Of a stretch of DNA of 64,000 nt, positions 47,307 to 57,144 are shown in pieces. Position 1 is the stretch's first letter, and the number at the start of each line of letters is the position of its first letter. The notes below the pieces were generated by a model. It was not told the origin of the DNA and did not search any database. It saw nothing but the letters and a program-made list of their open reading frames with translations. Position numbers and translations under genes: made by a program. Source of the DNA: an uncultured Vicinamibacteraceae bacterium (GTDB lineage: Bacteria > Acidobacteriota > Vicinamibacteria > Vicinamibacterales > UBA8438); contig CAZUZW010000003.1 of assembly GCA_964624855.1 (NCBI GenBank), positions 18,883-82,882 of the forward strand, read 5' to 3'.

Positions 47307-48215
47307 ATGAAAAGAACGGTTATTTTTGGAGTGTTGTTAGTCGTTTGTTCGTTATCACTAGCGGTTGGTACGGCACAGCAGGGTGAACAGGTAGTTGAGG
47401 TCGACCAGCTGAGGGATAACCTCTACATTCTTCGGGGCGGTGGCGGGAACTCGGCAGCCTTTGTGACCAGTGATGGTGTGGTGCTCGTTGATACCAAGCT
47501 GGCTGGTTGGGGCCAGCCGCTTCTTGACAAGATCGGTGAGCTAACCTCCAACCCGGTCACGACGATTATTAATACTCATACTCACTTCGACCATGTGAGT
47601 GGCAACGTTGATTTTCCGACGACTGTCAGCGTAGTGACTCACGAAAACACCGAACAGTTGATGGGTGAATGGAACCCGGTCACTGGGTTGGGTCGAGAGC
47701 CTCCAAATGTGTTTGACACAAGTGGTGGACAGGGGATGCCGACCCAGACGTTTACCGATAGCCTGACATTGGGAAGTGGTGCCGACCAGGTTGATCTTTA
47801 TTACTTTGGTCGTGCGCATACGAGCGGCGACGCATGGGTGGTTTTTCCTTCGCTGCGTGTCATGCACGCCGGTGATGCATTTCCAGGCAAGCAAGTTCCA
47901 ATCATGGATGCGAACAACGGTGGGAGTGGTGTTGATTACCCGGTCACTCTTTGGAACGCGTACGCTGGTGTTCCTGAAATCGATACAATTATCACGGGCC
48001 ACAGTGCCCCGATGATGCGAGACGATCTCCGCGAATATGCGACTTTTGTAGGAGCATTTGTCAGTGCGGCCCGATCGGCCAAAAGGGATGGTTTTTCAGC
48101 AGAAGAATTTGCACGTGTCTGGCAGGTTCCGCCGAGGTTCATGGGGTATCGCAAGCCCGCTCCCGAACGGCTTCAGGCCTACGTGCAGGTTGTTTTTGAC
48201 GAAATCGAAGAGTAG
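47307..48215 (+). CDS. Exported metallo-beta-lactamase-fold hydrolase (paralog of 31699-32634)
   Basis: GGAGG SD; signal peptide; THTHFDH, AHTSGD, HAGD, TGH. Confidence 0.88.
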   Translation: MKRTVIFGVLLVVCSLSLAVGTAQQGEQVVEVDQLRDNLYILRGGGGNSAAFVTSDGVVLVDTKLAGWGQPLLDKIGELTSNPVTTIINTHTHFDHVSGNVDFPTTVSVVTHENTEQLMGEWNPVTGLGREPPNVFDTSGGQGMPTQTFTDSLTLGSGADQVDLYYFGRAHTSGDAWVVFPSLRVMHAGDAFPGKQVPIMDANNGGSGVDYPVTLWNAYAGVPEIDTIITGHSAPMMRDDLREYATFVGAFVSAARSAKRDGFSAEEFARVWQVPPRFMGYRKPAPERLQAYVQVVFDEIEE

Positions 48216-48227
48216 CGTGAGGCGTGC

Positions 48228-49331
48228 ATGACGGCACGCTGGATTTTGCAAATTCGTCTTACGCTACTGGCGCTAATCAGTAGTCTCGCTGCCGCAGGGA
48301 TCGCTCAAGCACACCCGATCCCTTTCAGCTACCTTGATCTTCGCCTTGGAGAGACTGGCGGGGGCGAGGCTACCTTGGTCGTGCATATCATCGATCTAGC
48401 GCATGACCTCGAGATTGATCCACCGGAACAATTACTCGACCAAGCATTTGTTGTGGAACAGGCCGACGCAATGGCTGACTTGGTGGAGGGACGCCTGCGT
48501 CTTTCGGCTGGAGGCCGGGTGTTTCAGCCTAACTGGCTTATTCCTGAAGTCCTGCCCGATCGTCAATCGGTGCGACTTCGATTTCACTATGTTTTTAACC
48601 AGACGCCCGGCGTAATTGGGATTGATGCTCTCCTGTTTCCGTACGACCCACGGCACCAGACGTTTCTCAATGTTTACGAAGCAGGTGAACTAAGGAATCA
48701 GGCCATCCTTGATTTAAATCATCCAAGGACGGAGTATTTCTTGGGAACCTGGCAGGGTACGCGCGCTGTGGTGCAGCGGTTTTTACCACTGGGCGTCGAA
48801 CACATTTTGACGGGAGCCGACCATCTGCTGTTTCTTGTTGGGCTGTTGTTGCTGGGTGGCAGTGTCCGGCAGTTACTGATTGTAGTGACCGCTTTCACTC
48901 TGGCCCACAGTGTCACGCTTTCTTTGTCAGTACTAAATGTTTTCAGCCCACCCTCGAATATTGTTGAGCCGGCGATTGCGCTGAGTATCGTCTGGGTCGG
49001 TGCCGATAATCTATTGGTTGGTGGTGGCCGAGATTTGCGTGCGTGGATCGCTTTTGTCTTCGGATTGATTCATGGGTTTGGGTTTGCTGGAATTCTTCGC
49101 GCGATGAATTTACCGAATCGGGACGTAGCTTGGTCACTAGTCTCTTTCAATGTGGGTGTTGAAATTGGCCAACTAGCGGTCGTCATCGCCGCTGCGGCGG
49201 CGTTGGCGGCATTACGGGCGCGTAGCGAATTGTTTGGCCAACGTCTGGCAACGGTTGGTTCGGTTGTCGTCATCGTGGTCGGTGGGGTTTGGTTTGTGCA
49301 ACGTGTTTTCTTCCCTTGGGGGCTGTCGTGA
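48228..49331 (+). CDS. HupE/UreJ-family membrane protein with N-terminal periplasmic domain
   Basis: AQAH cleavage site with N-terminal His; GVEHILTGADHLLF, TAFTLAHSVTL, FGLIHGFGFA, FNVGVEIGQ. Confidence 0.85.
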   Translation: MTARWILQIRLTLLALISSLAAAGIAQAHPIPFSYLDLRLGETGGGEATLVVHIIDLAHDLEIDPPEQLLDQAFVVEQADAMADLVEGRLRLSAGGRVFQPNWLIPEVLPDRQSVRLRFHYVFNQTPGVIGIDALLFPYDPRHQTFLNVYEAGELRNQAILDLNHPRTEYFLGTWQGTRAVVQRFLPLGVEHILTGADHLLFLVGLLLLGGSVRQLLIVVTAFTLAHSVTLSLSVLNVFSPPSNIVEPAIALSIVWVGADNLLVGGGRDLRAWIAFVFGLIHGFGFAGILRAMNLPNRDVAWSLVSFNVGVEIGQLAVVIAAAAALAALRARSELFGQRLATVGSVVVIVVGGVWFVQRVFFPWGLS

Positions 49332-50107
49332 GACACCGTATCTTTCTCGTCATTATCATTCTGGCTTTAACGCCGGTGCATCAGAGCATTTTTGCTCAGG
49401 AACGGTCGCGGGCCGTGCTGTTCGATTCCTACGGGACGCTTGTTTCTTGGGAGGGTGTCGAGCTGGCGGTTTCCAAGGTGTTTAACCGAAAAGGTATCGT
49501 GGCCGACCCAACGACTTTTAACGAACTCTGGCGGTCTAAACAGTTGGTCTACATCATGTACAACACCCTGGTCGATAAAGGGTTTGAACCGTTTTCATTT
49601 GTTACTCGTCGAGCACTTCGAACAGCCGCTAGTTTTCACGAGATTGAACTGACCAAGGATGATGAGGACGAACTGATGCAGGCGTGGCACGAACTCGACC
49701 CATATCCTGATGTCATCGAGGGGCTCAAGAGAATTCGGGCCGTGGGTTATCCGATTATGGGTCCTTTGTCGAACGGTGACAGTGAAATGGTCCGAGTTGG
49801 CATCGTTGATCGTTTTGCGGATATGGGGTTTGATTTTGATGTTTATCTCACCGCAGACCTATGGGGAAAGAATAAAGTACATCCCGACATCTATCTCAAG
49901 TCAATTGCAAAACTAGGACTTAACGTGAGTGAAGTTATATTCGTTTGTCGCGGGCAGTTTGATATTGTGGGTGCTAAGGCGGCCGGGCTAAAGGTTATTT
50001 GGGTTAACCGCGCCGATGAGCCTTTAGAACATCATGGCTACGCTCCAGACTGGGAGGTCCAGGATTTTTTTGAGGTGGCGGAACTTTTGGAGCGCGAGCA
50101 ACTGTAG
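49328..50107 (+). CDS. HAD-superfamily hydrolase, L-2-haloacid dehalogenase-like, with signal peptide
   Basis: FDSYGTL, WRSKQL, LSNG, DIVGAKAAG, WVNR; GTG start overlaps the upstream stop (GTGA). Confidence 0.82.
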   Translation: MRHRIFLVIIILALTPVHQSIFAQERSRAVLFDSYGTLVSWEGVELAVSKVFNRKGIVADPTTFNELWRSKQLVYIMYNTLVDKGFEPFSFVTRRALRTAASFHEIELTKDDEDELMQAWHELDPYPDVIEGLKRIRAVGYPIMGPLSNGDSEMVRVGIVDRFADMGFDFDVYLTADLWGKNKVHPDIYLKSIAKLGLNVSEVIFVCRGQFDIVGAKAAGLKVIWVNRADEPLEHHGYAPDWEVQDFFEVAELLEREQL

Positions 50108-50135
50108 TTGTTGAACTAGCCAGAGAGGCATATGT

Positions 50136-51167
50136 ATGTCTTATCCGGCATGCAGGAGGAGTGTAATGACAGGTCGACGCATGGCAGTTTTACTGATGAT
50201 TTTTGTGATTGGTGCTTCTGTGCCGCTCCCGGCGTTAGGGCAGGAAAGCGATTGGGCGGTCCCCCGCACAGCGGATGGACAGCCTGACCTTCAGGGCATC
50301 TGGGCTAACAACAGTGCAACGCCTCTGCAACGTCCAGAACAACTGGCGGGTAAGACGGTGTTGTCAGACGAAGAACTTGCTGAATTGACCCAGAAGGTGA
50401 ATGAATTTCGCAACAACGAACAAGCTGGAGATTTGTTGGGAGACCGTCTTATTCAGCAAGCGTTGGGCAACTCAGAGTTTAACGATTTCGATGTCGTCAC
50501 CGGAAACTACAATGCTTTCTGGCTAGTCGAACGCAACCTTGATAACCGCACGTCTCTCATTATTGATCCACCGGATGGTCGAATTCCGGCGTTAACCACT
50601 GCCGCCGAAGCACTCGCTTCCTCTAGGCGTGAATATTCGCGGGAGCATCCCTCTGATGGGCCTGAAGATAGAAGTCTCGGCGACCGGTGTCTCCACTTTG
50701 AGGCGCCCCGTTTGAGCGCTGGCTACAACAGCTACTTTCAGATTCTTCAAACACCAGACCACGTAGCTATCATGCAGGAGATGGGGCACATTTCCCGTGT
50801 CATTCCGCTTGATGGGCGCCCCCATGTTGATGATGGCGTACGATTGTGGACAGGTGATTCGCGCGGCCATTGGGACGGCGACACTCTGGTTGTTGAGACG
50901 ACAAATTATTCGGGTGAGACACGCTACAGTGGTGCTTCTGCGGGATTGCGTCTCGTTGAGCGTTTTACCCGTGTGGCACCCGATACCATCCAGCATGAGA
51001 TAACACTCGATGATTCGGATACTTGGACTAAGCCTTGGACTGTGATGTTGGTCTTAAAGAGTACAGAAGATCCAATTTTTGAGTATGCATGCCACGAAGG
51101 AAACTATTCGATGCCAGGTATTTTGGGTGGAGCACGCCTTGATGAACAGGTCGCTGAGGCAAGGTAG
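50136..51167 (+). CDS. Exported hypothetical protein (PDLQGIW...CHEGNY family)
   Basis: PRTADGQPDLQGIW, RTSLIIDPPDGRIP, GDSRGHWDGDTLVVETTN, FEYACHEGNY. Confidence 0.85.
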   Translation: MSYPACRRSVMTGRRMAVLLMIFVIGASVPLPALGQESDWAVPRTADGQPDLQGIWANNSATPLQRPEQLAGKTVLSDEELAELTQKVNEFRNNEQAGDLLGDRLIQQALGNSEFNDFDVVTGNYNAFWLVERNLDNRTSLIIDPPDGRIPALTTAAEALASSRREYSREHPSDGPEDRSLGDRCLHFEAPRLSAGYNSYFQILQTPDHVAIMQEMGHISRVIPLDGRPHVDDGVRLWTGDSRGHWDGDTLVVETTNYSGETRYSGASAGLRLVERFTRVAPDTIQHEITLDDSDTWTKPWTVMLVLKSTEDPIFEYACHEGNYSMPGILGGARLDEQVAEAR

Positions 51168-51191
51168 TTGTCAATTTGAAACGGTCGCCGA

Positions 51192-52856
51192 CTAGCGAGC
51201 CACCGACGTTACTTTCGACCGACGATTTCGCCGAGGACGTTTGGTCCCGGTGCGTTTTGGATGCGGATTACTGTGAAGAGCAACCGCATTAAGGGCATGT
51301 TCAGTTGCCTGGATCGCCGCCGCTAATTGGTCTGTATCGATACCTCGGGTGATTAGACCGCCTTCCCACTGAATCGTAGTTTCGACAATAGCATCGGTCT
51401 TGCCGCCAGGTGGGATTCGTACTTCATAATCGAGGAGTTTTGGTACTACGAAACCGAGTTTTGATTCGACACTCCGCAAGGCTTGCATGAACGCGTCATA
51501 GCCACCGTCGCCCGATGCTGTGGCCTGAACCTCAGTGCCACGGTATCGGACTAGGATGCTGGCGGATGGACGGAGACCTCTGTTAGTGGCGATCGAGTAG
51601 TCTCTCACTTCGAATACCCGTAGTTCTGGTGTTTGTAATAGTTCAGAAATCAAGAATGGAAGGTCGGCGGTTGTAACGTGTCGCTTCTGATCGCCAAGTT
51701 CAACGATGCGCTGCAAGAGCTGATCTTTTTGTTCGCTGGTTAATGAGATATTTAATCTTTGAAGATTAAACTCTAGACTCGCTTTTCCCATGAGTTTGCC
51801 CATGGCATAGCTACGTCGCAACCCAAACCGGACGGGGTGAAGCTTGCTTGCGTAGAGTTCCCCCTTCATGTCGCCGTCGGCGTGCACGCCAGCTGCCTGC
51901 GTAAAGACGTTTTCTCCCACGATTGGTTTATTGACTGCAATTCGCCGACCTGAAAACACTTCGACAAGTTGACTTACTCCGGCGAGAGAACGTTCCTTGA
52001 CGTGGGTTCGAAGTTCGCCATGGTCACGAAGGGAAACGACGACTTCGTCAAGCGCAGTGTTTCCAGCGCGTTCACCCATTCCATTGACGGTGACATGGAC
52101 TCCTTGAGCACCGGCAATTGCGGCCTCTAGAGTATTCGCTGTTGCCAACCCGTAGTCGTTGTGTCCGTGGTAATCGAAGCGTGTTTCCGGAAACGCCGCC
52201 GTGATTTCACTCACATAGCGGCGAGTCAGCATCGGATTCAAAATTCCGAGGGTGTCACAGAGCATGATCCGGGCTGGTGAAAGTTCCACCAATGCTTGTA
52301 TTTGGTCCGTCACATACTCCGGTGAGTCGCGCATGCCGCCAGACCAGTCTTCTAAGTAGACGTTGAACTTCACACCGTGCTTGGTGCCGTATTCAATAGT
52401 TTTTCTGATGTCATCGCGATGCTGTTGAGGTGTGCGCCGCAATTGTTCTTGGCAGTGAAGCAGGGAGCCTTTCGTCAACAAATTAATAACCTGAACACCT
52501 ACCGCCCGCGCCCAGTCAATCGAGGCCTTTGAATCAACAAATCCTAGGATTTCAATCCGGTCAGTAAAGTCTTCTGTCTCGGCCCAACGAATGATCTCTT
52601 CGACGGCTAAACGTTCACCTTCGCTGGTACGAGCTGACGCCACCTCGATCCGATCGACCTTGACGTCTTTAAGGAGTCTATTCGCGATCGTCAATTTCTC
52701 GGCATGGCCGAGGGAAACGCCCTCTGCCTGTTCTCCGTCGCGGAGCGTAGTATCGAGAACTTCGATAAACCGCGTCTTTTGACGACTCTTACGGGTTGGC
52801 CGTCTGGCCACGGCGGAGTTCGACATCTTAGTCTTCTTATCGGTAATACTCGCCAT
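51192..52856 (-). CDS. cimA: (R)-citramalate synthase / LeuA-family DRE-TIM enzyme with regulatory domain
   Basis: DTTLRDGEQ, VDRIEVASAR, YLEDWS, HGHNDYG, NGMGERAGN, GDGGYDA; resembles Leptospira/Bacteroidetes-type CimA (from recall). Confidence 0.8.
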   Translation of the reverse strand: MASITDKKTKMSNSAVARRPTRKSRQKTRFIEVLDTTLRDGEQAEGVSLGHAEKLTIANRLLKDVKVDRIEVASARTSEGERLAVEEIIRWAETEDFTDRIEILGFVDSKASIDWARAVGVQVINLLTKGSLLHCQEQLRRTPQQHRDDIRKTIEYGTKHGVKFNVYLEDWSGGMRDSPEYVTDQIQALVELSPARIMLCDTLGILNPMLTRRYVSEITAAFPETRFDYHGHNDYGLATANTLEAAIAGAQGVHVTVNGMGERAGNTALDEVVVSLRDHGELRTHVKERSLAGVSQLVEVFSGRRIAVNKPIVGENVFTQAAGVHADGDMKGELYASKLHPVRFGLRRSYAMGKLMGKASLEFNLQRLNISLTSEQKDQLLQRIVELGDQKRHVTTADLPFLISELLQTPELRVFEVRDYSIATNRGLRPSASILVRYRGTEVQATASGDGGYDAFMQALRSVESKLGFVVPKLLDYEVRIPPGGKTDAIVETTIQWEGGLITRGIDTDQLAAAIQATEHALNAVALHSNPHPKRTGTKRPRRNRRSKVTSVAR

Positions 52857-52945
52857 TACTTAAACGTTTCTGACAAAACTTCATTATCGCTTCTGGCTAA
52901 GCTATAGCCAAGGGTTAGGGAGAAACCGGATAACATACCGTATCA

Positions 52946-54745
52946 ATGTCATTCCCAGATTTGCGGCATTTCATGGAACAGTTACGGCAAGACAAGGACC
53001 TAGTCGAGGTCCATGTGCCGGTAGATGCAAATCAAGAGGCCGCAGAAATTCATCGCCGGGTTGTGGCAGCCGGTGGTCCGGCGCTTCTGTTTACCAATGT
53101 CATTGGGGCTAAATTTCCGCTAGTTACTAATTTATTTGGTACTCAACGGCGCGCACAGTTGGCGTTTGGTGCGCGTCCTCAGCGTCTGATTCATCGACTG
53201 GTGGACCTGGTCGAAAACCTTCTCCCACCGACGCCGGCGAAACTTTGGGGCGCCCGAGACCTCGGCTTTGAATTGCTTAAGGTCGGGGTCCGAAAAGGTC
53301 GAAGGGGTCCGGTGATGGAGGTCGTGACTGATGACGTTCGACTGGACACTTTACCGGCTCTGACCACTTGGCCGGATGACGGAGGTCCCTTCATCACACT
53401 TCCACTCGTCTATACCGAACATCCTGACGGTCGGGGGCACAATCTAGGAATGTATCGTCTGCAGATTCACGATGGCCGTTCTACTGGGATGCACTGGCAG
53501 ATTGGAAAGGGGGGAGGGTTTCATTATCAGGTAGCCGAGGGCCGTGGTGAGCCGTTACCGGTCACCGTTTTTCTTGGCGGTCCTCCCGCCTTAATTCTGT
53601 CGGCGATAGCTCCGCTGCCAGAGAATATTCCAGAGCTAATGCTCGCATCTCTGATTGCTGGTGAACGAATGAAACTCTCTACGGGACCCTCTGGGCACCC
53701 TCTAGTTTCTAACGCTGAGTTTGCATTTGTTGGAGAGGTTCACCCAAAGGTGAGACGGCCTGAGGGACCGTTTGGTGATCACTATGGTTACTACTCCTTG
53801 AAACACGATTATCCGGTGTTCAAGGTTCAAACGGTTGCCCATCGCCGCGATGCTATCTATCCGGCAACGGTCGTTGGTAAGCCTAGACAGGAAGACTTTT
53901 TCATCGGCGACCTATTGCAGGAACTGCTGTCGCCGCTGTTCCCTCTGGTAATGCCAGCTGTCGAGCGGTTGTGGTCGTACGGGGAGACTGGTTACCATTC
54001 ATTGTCTGCGGCCGTCGTCAAACAGCGATATGCGCGGGAAGCTATGGCAAGTGCGTTTCGAATTCTGGGTGAGGGTCAGCTTTCCCTTACGAAGTTCCTT
54101 TTAGTAACTGACCAGCTAGTTGACTTAAAAGACTTTCCAAGAACTTTGGAACACATATTGGAACGGACCAACCCCGAGACTGACCTATATGTTTTATCAA
54201 ACCTGTCTATGGACACGCTCGATTACACAGGGCCCGAGGTTAATAAGGGTTCCAAGGGTGTTTGGTTGGGATTGGGTGACCCCATTCGCCACTTGCCGCA
54301 TGAGTTCTCGGCGACAGACTTGCCGAGCGGCTTGAGCGATATTTTGGTTTTCTGTGGGGGTTGTTTAGTGGTGGGTGCTGCCGCGTACGCTGACGATGTA
54401 ACCGTTCCAAATCGAATCGCAAAGCATCCAGCATTTTCCGAGTGGCCATTGATTGTAGTAACTGATGAGCCGGTCCGGGCTGCGAAAAGTTCGATGAATT
54501 TCCTCTGGACGACGTTCACGCGATTCGAACCAGCCGCAGATGTATACGCGGCTTCGACTAAAGTCGTACGAAATCATCTGGCATACAGTGCGCCTATTGT
54601 GATTGATGCTCGACTAAAACCTTCGTTTCCCGAGGAGCTTCGATGTCAACCAGATGTTGCGACTCGAGTTTCGAGTCGATGGAGGGAATATTTCCCGCAG
54701 GCTGGGGTTGAAATGGGGGACGCTGAGCGAGGACATTTGGATTGA
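52946..54745 (+). CDS. UbiD-family decarboxylase (possibly the futalosine-pathway decarboxylase)
   Basis: GGPALLF, NLFG, DGGPFIT, NLGMYRLQ, EGPFGDHYGYY, TVVGKPRQED. Confidence 0.88.
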   Translation: MSFPDLRHFMEQLRQDKDLVEVHVPVDANQEAAEIHRRVVAAGGPALLFTNVIGAKFPLVTNLFGTQRRAQLAFGARPQRLIHRLVDLVENLLPPTPAKLWGARDLGFELLKVGVRKGRRGPVMEVVTDDVRLDTLPALTTWPDDGGPFITLPLVYTEHPDGRGHNLGMYRLQIHDGRSTGMHWQIGKGGGFHYQVAEGRGEPLPVTVFLGGPPALILSAIAPLPENIPELMLASLIAGERMKLSTGPSGHPLVSNAEFAFVGEVHPKVRRPEGPFGDHYGYYSLKHDYPVFKVQTVAHRRDAIYPATVVGKPRQEDFFIGDLLQELLSPLFPLVMPAVERLWSYGETGYHSLSAAVVKQRYAREAMASAFRILGEGQLSLTKFLLVTDQLVDLKDFPRTLEHILERTNPETDLYVLSNLSMDTLDYTGPEVNKGSKGVWLGLGDPIRHLPHEFSATDLPSGLSDILVFCGGCLVVGAAAYADDVTVPNRIAKHPAFSEWPLIVVTDEPVRAAKSSMNFLWTTFTRFEPAADVYAASTKVVRNHLAYSAPIVIDARLKPSFPEELRCQPDVATRVSSRWREYFPQAGVEMGDAERGHLD

Positions 54746-54816
54746 GGGCCTCAGAAGAGCCAATTGGTGGTGAAAATTTTTAAGCTGTCCGACCCGAATT
54801 CCCATGGAAACCTCCG

Positions 54817-55209
54817 TTAGGGCCGGCGACCTTCGATCATTCGATCAAGACTAATAGGACCTGACTCTCTGGTCGCGAGATAGAGGAAGACAAAACAGTA
54901 TAAGACTGCTCTTTCGCCATCGTTCTCAATTGGCCATCCTCCTCGAGGGTGGTGGGCAAGAAAGTAGGCAAATGCCATCTGCCCGCTTGCAACGAAGGCA
55001 GCCCATGGTGTGTACAGTCCTACGAAGATTAACCCCCCTGCCGCGAGTTCAATGACACCGGCGGCGCCAATCAGCGAAAATAATTCAGCCGGCTCGTCTC
55101 GAGACATCACACCAAAAATCTTTTCGATGCCATGCAGAGAGAACAAAAACCCGATGACAATGCGCGTGATGGAGTAAATCATTTCCGATAAGGCCTTGAA
55201 TCTTGTCAT
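54817..55209 (-). CDS. DoxX-family membrane protein
   Basis: RIVIGFLFSLHGIEK, IELAAG, SGQMAFAYF, NDGE. Confidence 0.88.
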   Translation of the reverse strand: MTRFKALSEMIYSITRIVIGFLFSLHGIEKIFGVMSRDEPAELFSLIGAAGVIELAAGGLIFVGLYTPWAAFVASGQMAFAYFLAHHPRGGWPIENDGERAVLYCFVFLYLATRESGPISLDRMIEGRRP

Positions 55210-55332
55210 TTTGAATTCCTACTAGAGTTCGAACACACGTGGTGTGATTCTACAGTCACGTTTCGAAGTTCCAAACTCTGGAAATTAATGGTTTTAGAAG
55301 GTGGGTTTCGCAACCATCGGGTAGGATAGCGC

Positions 55333-55827
55333 TTGGTTATGGGCGACACTTCGAAGTTGAAGCATGAGATGTGGATGCGTGTAGCGTACGAACAGGCGGT
55401 GCGTGCTCGAGATGTTGGTGAGGTTCCGGTTGGTGCCGCAGTTGTCGCCAACGGCCAGATAATGGGTGTTGGCTTTAATCAAACTATTGGTGCAATCGAC
55501 CCAACGGCCCACGCCGAGGTTGTTGCGTTACGTAACGCTTCGCGGCGGATGGGCAACTACAGACTGACTGGCACTGCGTTGTATGTGACCGTTGAGCCCT
55601 GTCTGATGTGTGCGGGAGCACTCGTTCACGCCCGAGTAGGAACGCTTGTGTATGGGACCAGCGAGCCTAAAACAGGAGCTGTACGGTCAGTCGCGCGCAT
55701 ACTTGACCACTGGGCGTTGAATCATCAAATAGAGGTTGTTCAGGGCGTGTTAGCAGATGAATGCCGCGAGTTAATACAGTCGTTCTTTGAGTCACGCCGG
55801 AACAGTGCCGATCTCACGGTATCCTAA
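55333..55827 (+). CDS. tadA: tRNA adenosine(34) deaminase
   Basis: GEVPVGA, DPTAHAE, NYRL, EPCLMC, LNH. Confidence 0.95.
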   Translation: MVMGDTSKLKHEMWMRVAYEQAVRARDVGEVPVGAAVVANGQIMGVGFNQTIGAIDPTAHAEVVALRNASRRMGNYRLTGTALYVTVEPCLMCAGALVHARVGTLVYGTSEPKTGAVRSVARILDHWALNHQIEVVQGVLADECRELIQSFFESRRNSADLTVS

Positions 55828-55908
55828 TGATTGTTCCGCGGCTCTGAAGGGGTGAGGCTACAAGGCAATTTGGGACAACTTGCAACTTGCGGCGAAGAAG
55901 TCTTATTT

Positions 55909-55999
55909 GGAGAGGTACCGAAGTGGTCGTAACGGGGGCGCCTCGAAAGCGTCTTGTCGGGTAACCGGCACGTGGGTTCGAATCCCACCCTCTCCGCCA
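55909..55999 (+). tRNA. tRNA-Ser (anticodon CGA)
   Basis: GGAGAGG acceptor pairs with CCTCTCC; anticodon loop CTCGAAA; long variable arm; GGTTCGAATCC; CCA. Confidence 0.95.
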
Positions 56000-56202
56000 A
56001 CCTTTTGCCTTGCCAGCCTTAATTTAGCTAGAGTTTCAGCTTTTAGAGCTGGAGTGTGTTGGCTGGCTACTCGATTGAACGGCGGAGGACTGACGGTGCC
56101 GGTCGTGACGAAAATTACATAACTATTACATTTTGGTTCTTCTTCCAAGGTGTTCTGCCTGTTAGGCTGTTCCGGCAATATTGGTTCAGAGAAGAGGGTT
56201 CA

Positions 56203-57066
56203 TTGAGCGTCAGCCACGTTGATTTCGGCGACAAGACAAAAGTTAACCGAGTTACCTTGACCGCGATGGTGTGTTTTCACATTCTGGCGGTGGCGGCCAT
56301 TTTTTATACGACTTGGCAGGCGGTGATCGTAGCCGTTGTCTTGCACTGGGTCTGTATCTGTTGGGGAATTGGAATGGGGTATCACCGTCTCCATACCCAT
56401 CGATCATATGAAACGCCGAAGGTCGTTGAGTACTTTTTGGCCGTCTGCGCGACAATGACACTTCAAGGGGGTCCGATTTTTTGGACCGCCTGCCACCGTA
56501 TTCATCATCAACACTCTGATCGTGACGGGGACCCACATACTCCAAGGGATGGCCGGTGGTGGTCGCATATGCTCTGGACGATGTTCGGTGATCCAATGAA
56601 TGCCGACACGGTTGTTATGGGGAAGTACGCGCCAGACCTTATGAAAGATCGTTTTTACCGAGTGCTCTCGAAGTGGCACTGGGTTCCGCTTGTCTTCTTA
56701 GGCCTGTCACTATTAGCGCTTGGTGGATTGCCATGGCTACTGTGGGGTGTTTTCTTTAGGGTGGTTTTTGGATTGCACTGCACTTGGCTAGTCAATTCGG
56801 CGACGCACCTGTGGGGTACCCGCAGGTTCGACACGTCCGATGACTCAAAGAATTCGTGGTGGGTGGCTCTACTTACTTTTGGTGAAGGTTGGCACAACAA
56901 TCATCATGCCCATCCCACTTCTGCACGCCACGGACTTGGACGATTCGAGCTCGATCTCACTTGGCTGCAGATCAGGTTGCTCGAGAAAGTCGGTCTGGCT
57001 TGGGACGTTCGGGTTCCAACGGCGACTCAGATCGCGCGCAAGGCACCCGCTGACTTGGCTGTTTAG
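56203..57066 (+). CDS. Delta-9 acyl-lipid/acyl-CoA fatty acid desaturase
   Basis: His boxes HRLHTH, HRIHH and HNNHH; VNSATH; GEGW. Start estimated at TTG 56203 after GAGGG. Confidence 0.92.
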   Translation: MSVSHVDFGDKTKVNRVTLTAMVCFHILAVAAIFYTTWQAVIVAVVLHWVCICWGIGMGYHRLHTHRSYETPKVVEYFLAVCATMTLQGGPIFWTACHRIHHQHSDRDGDPHTPRDGRWWSHMLWTMFGDPMNADTVVMGKYAPDLMKDRFYRVLSKWHWVPLVFLGLSLLALGGLPWLLWGVFFRVVFGLHCTWLVNSATHLWGTRRFDTSDDSKNSWWVALLTFGEGWHNNHHAHPTSARHGLGRFELDLTWLQIRLLEKVGLAWDVRVPTATQIARKAPADLAV

Positions 57067-57144
57067 TCGGCACTCTGGATAAAGCATTCTTCCTGGGTAT
57101 AAGGCATTCCTGTCGAATAGCGCGAAGGCGTTATCCTATAGGTC

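Noticed and set aside
27490..51190. tRNA-Arg-anchored genomic island
   Set aside because: No duplicated tRNA 3' end seen at the far side and no integrase.
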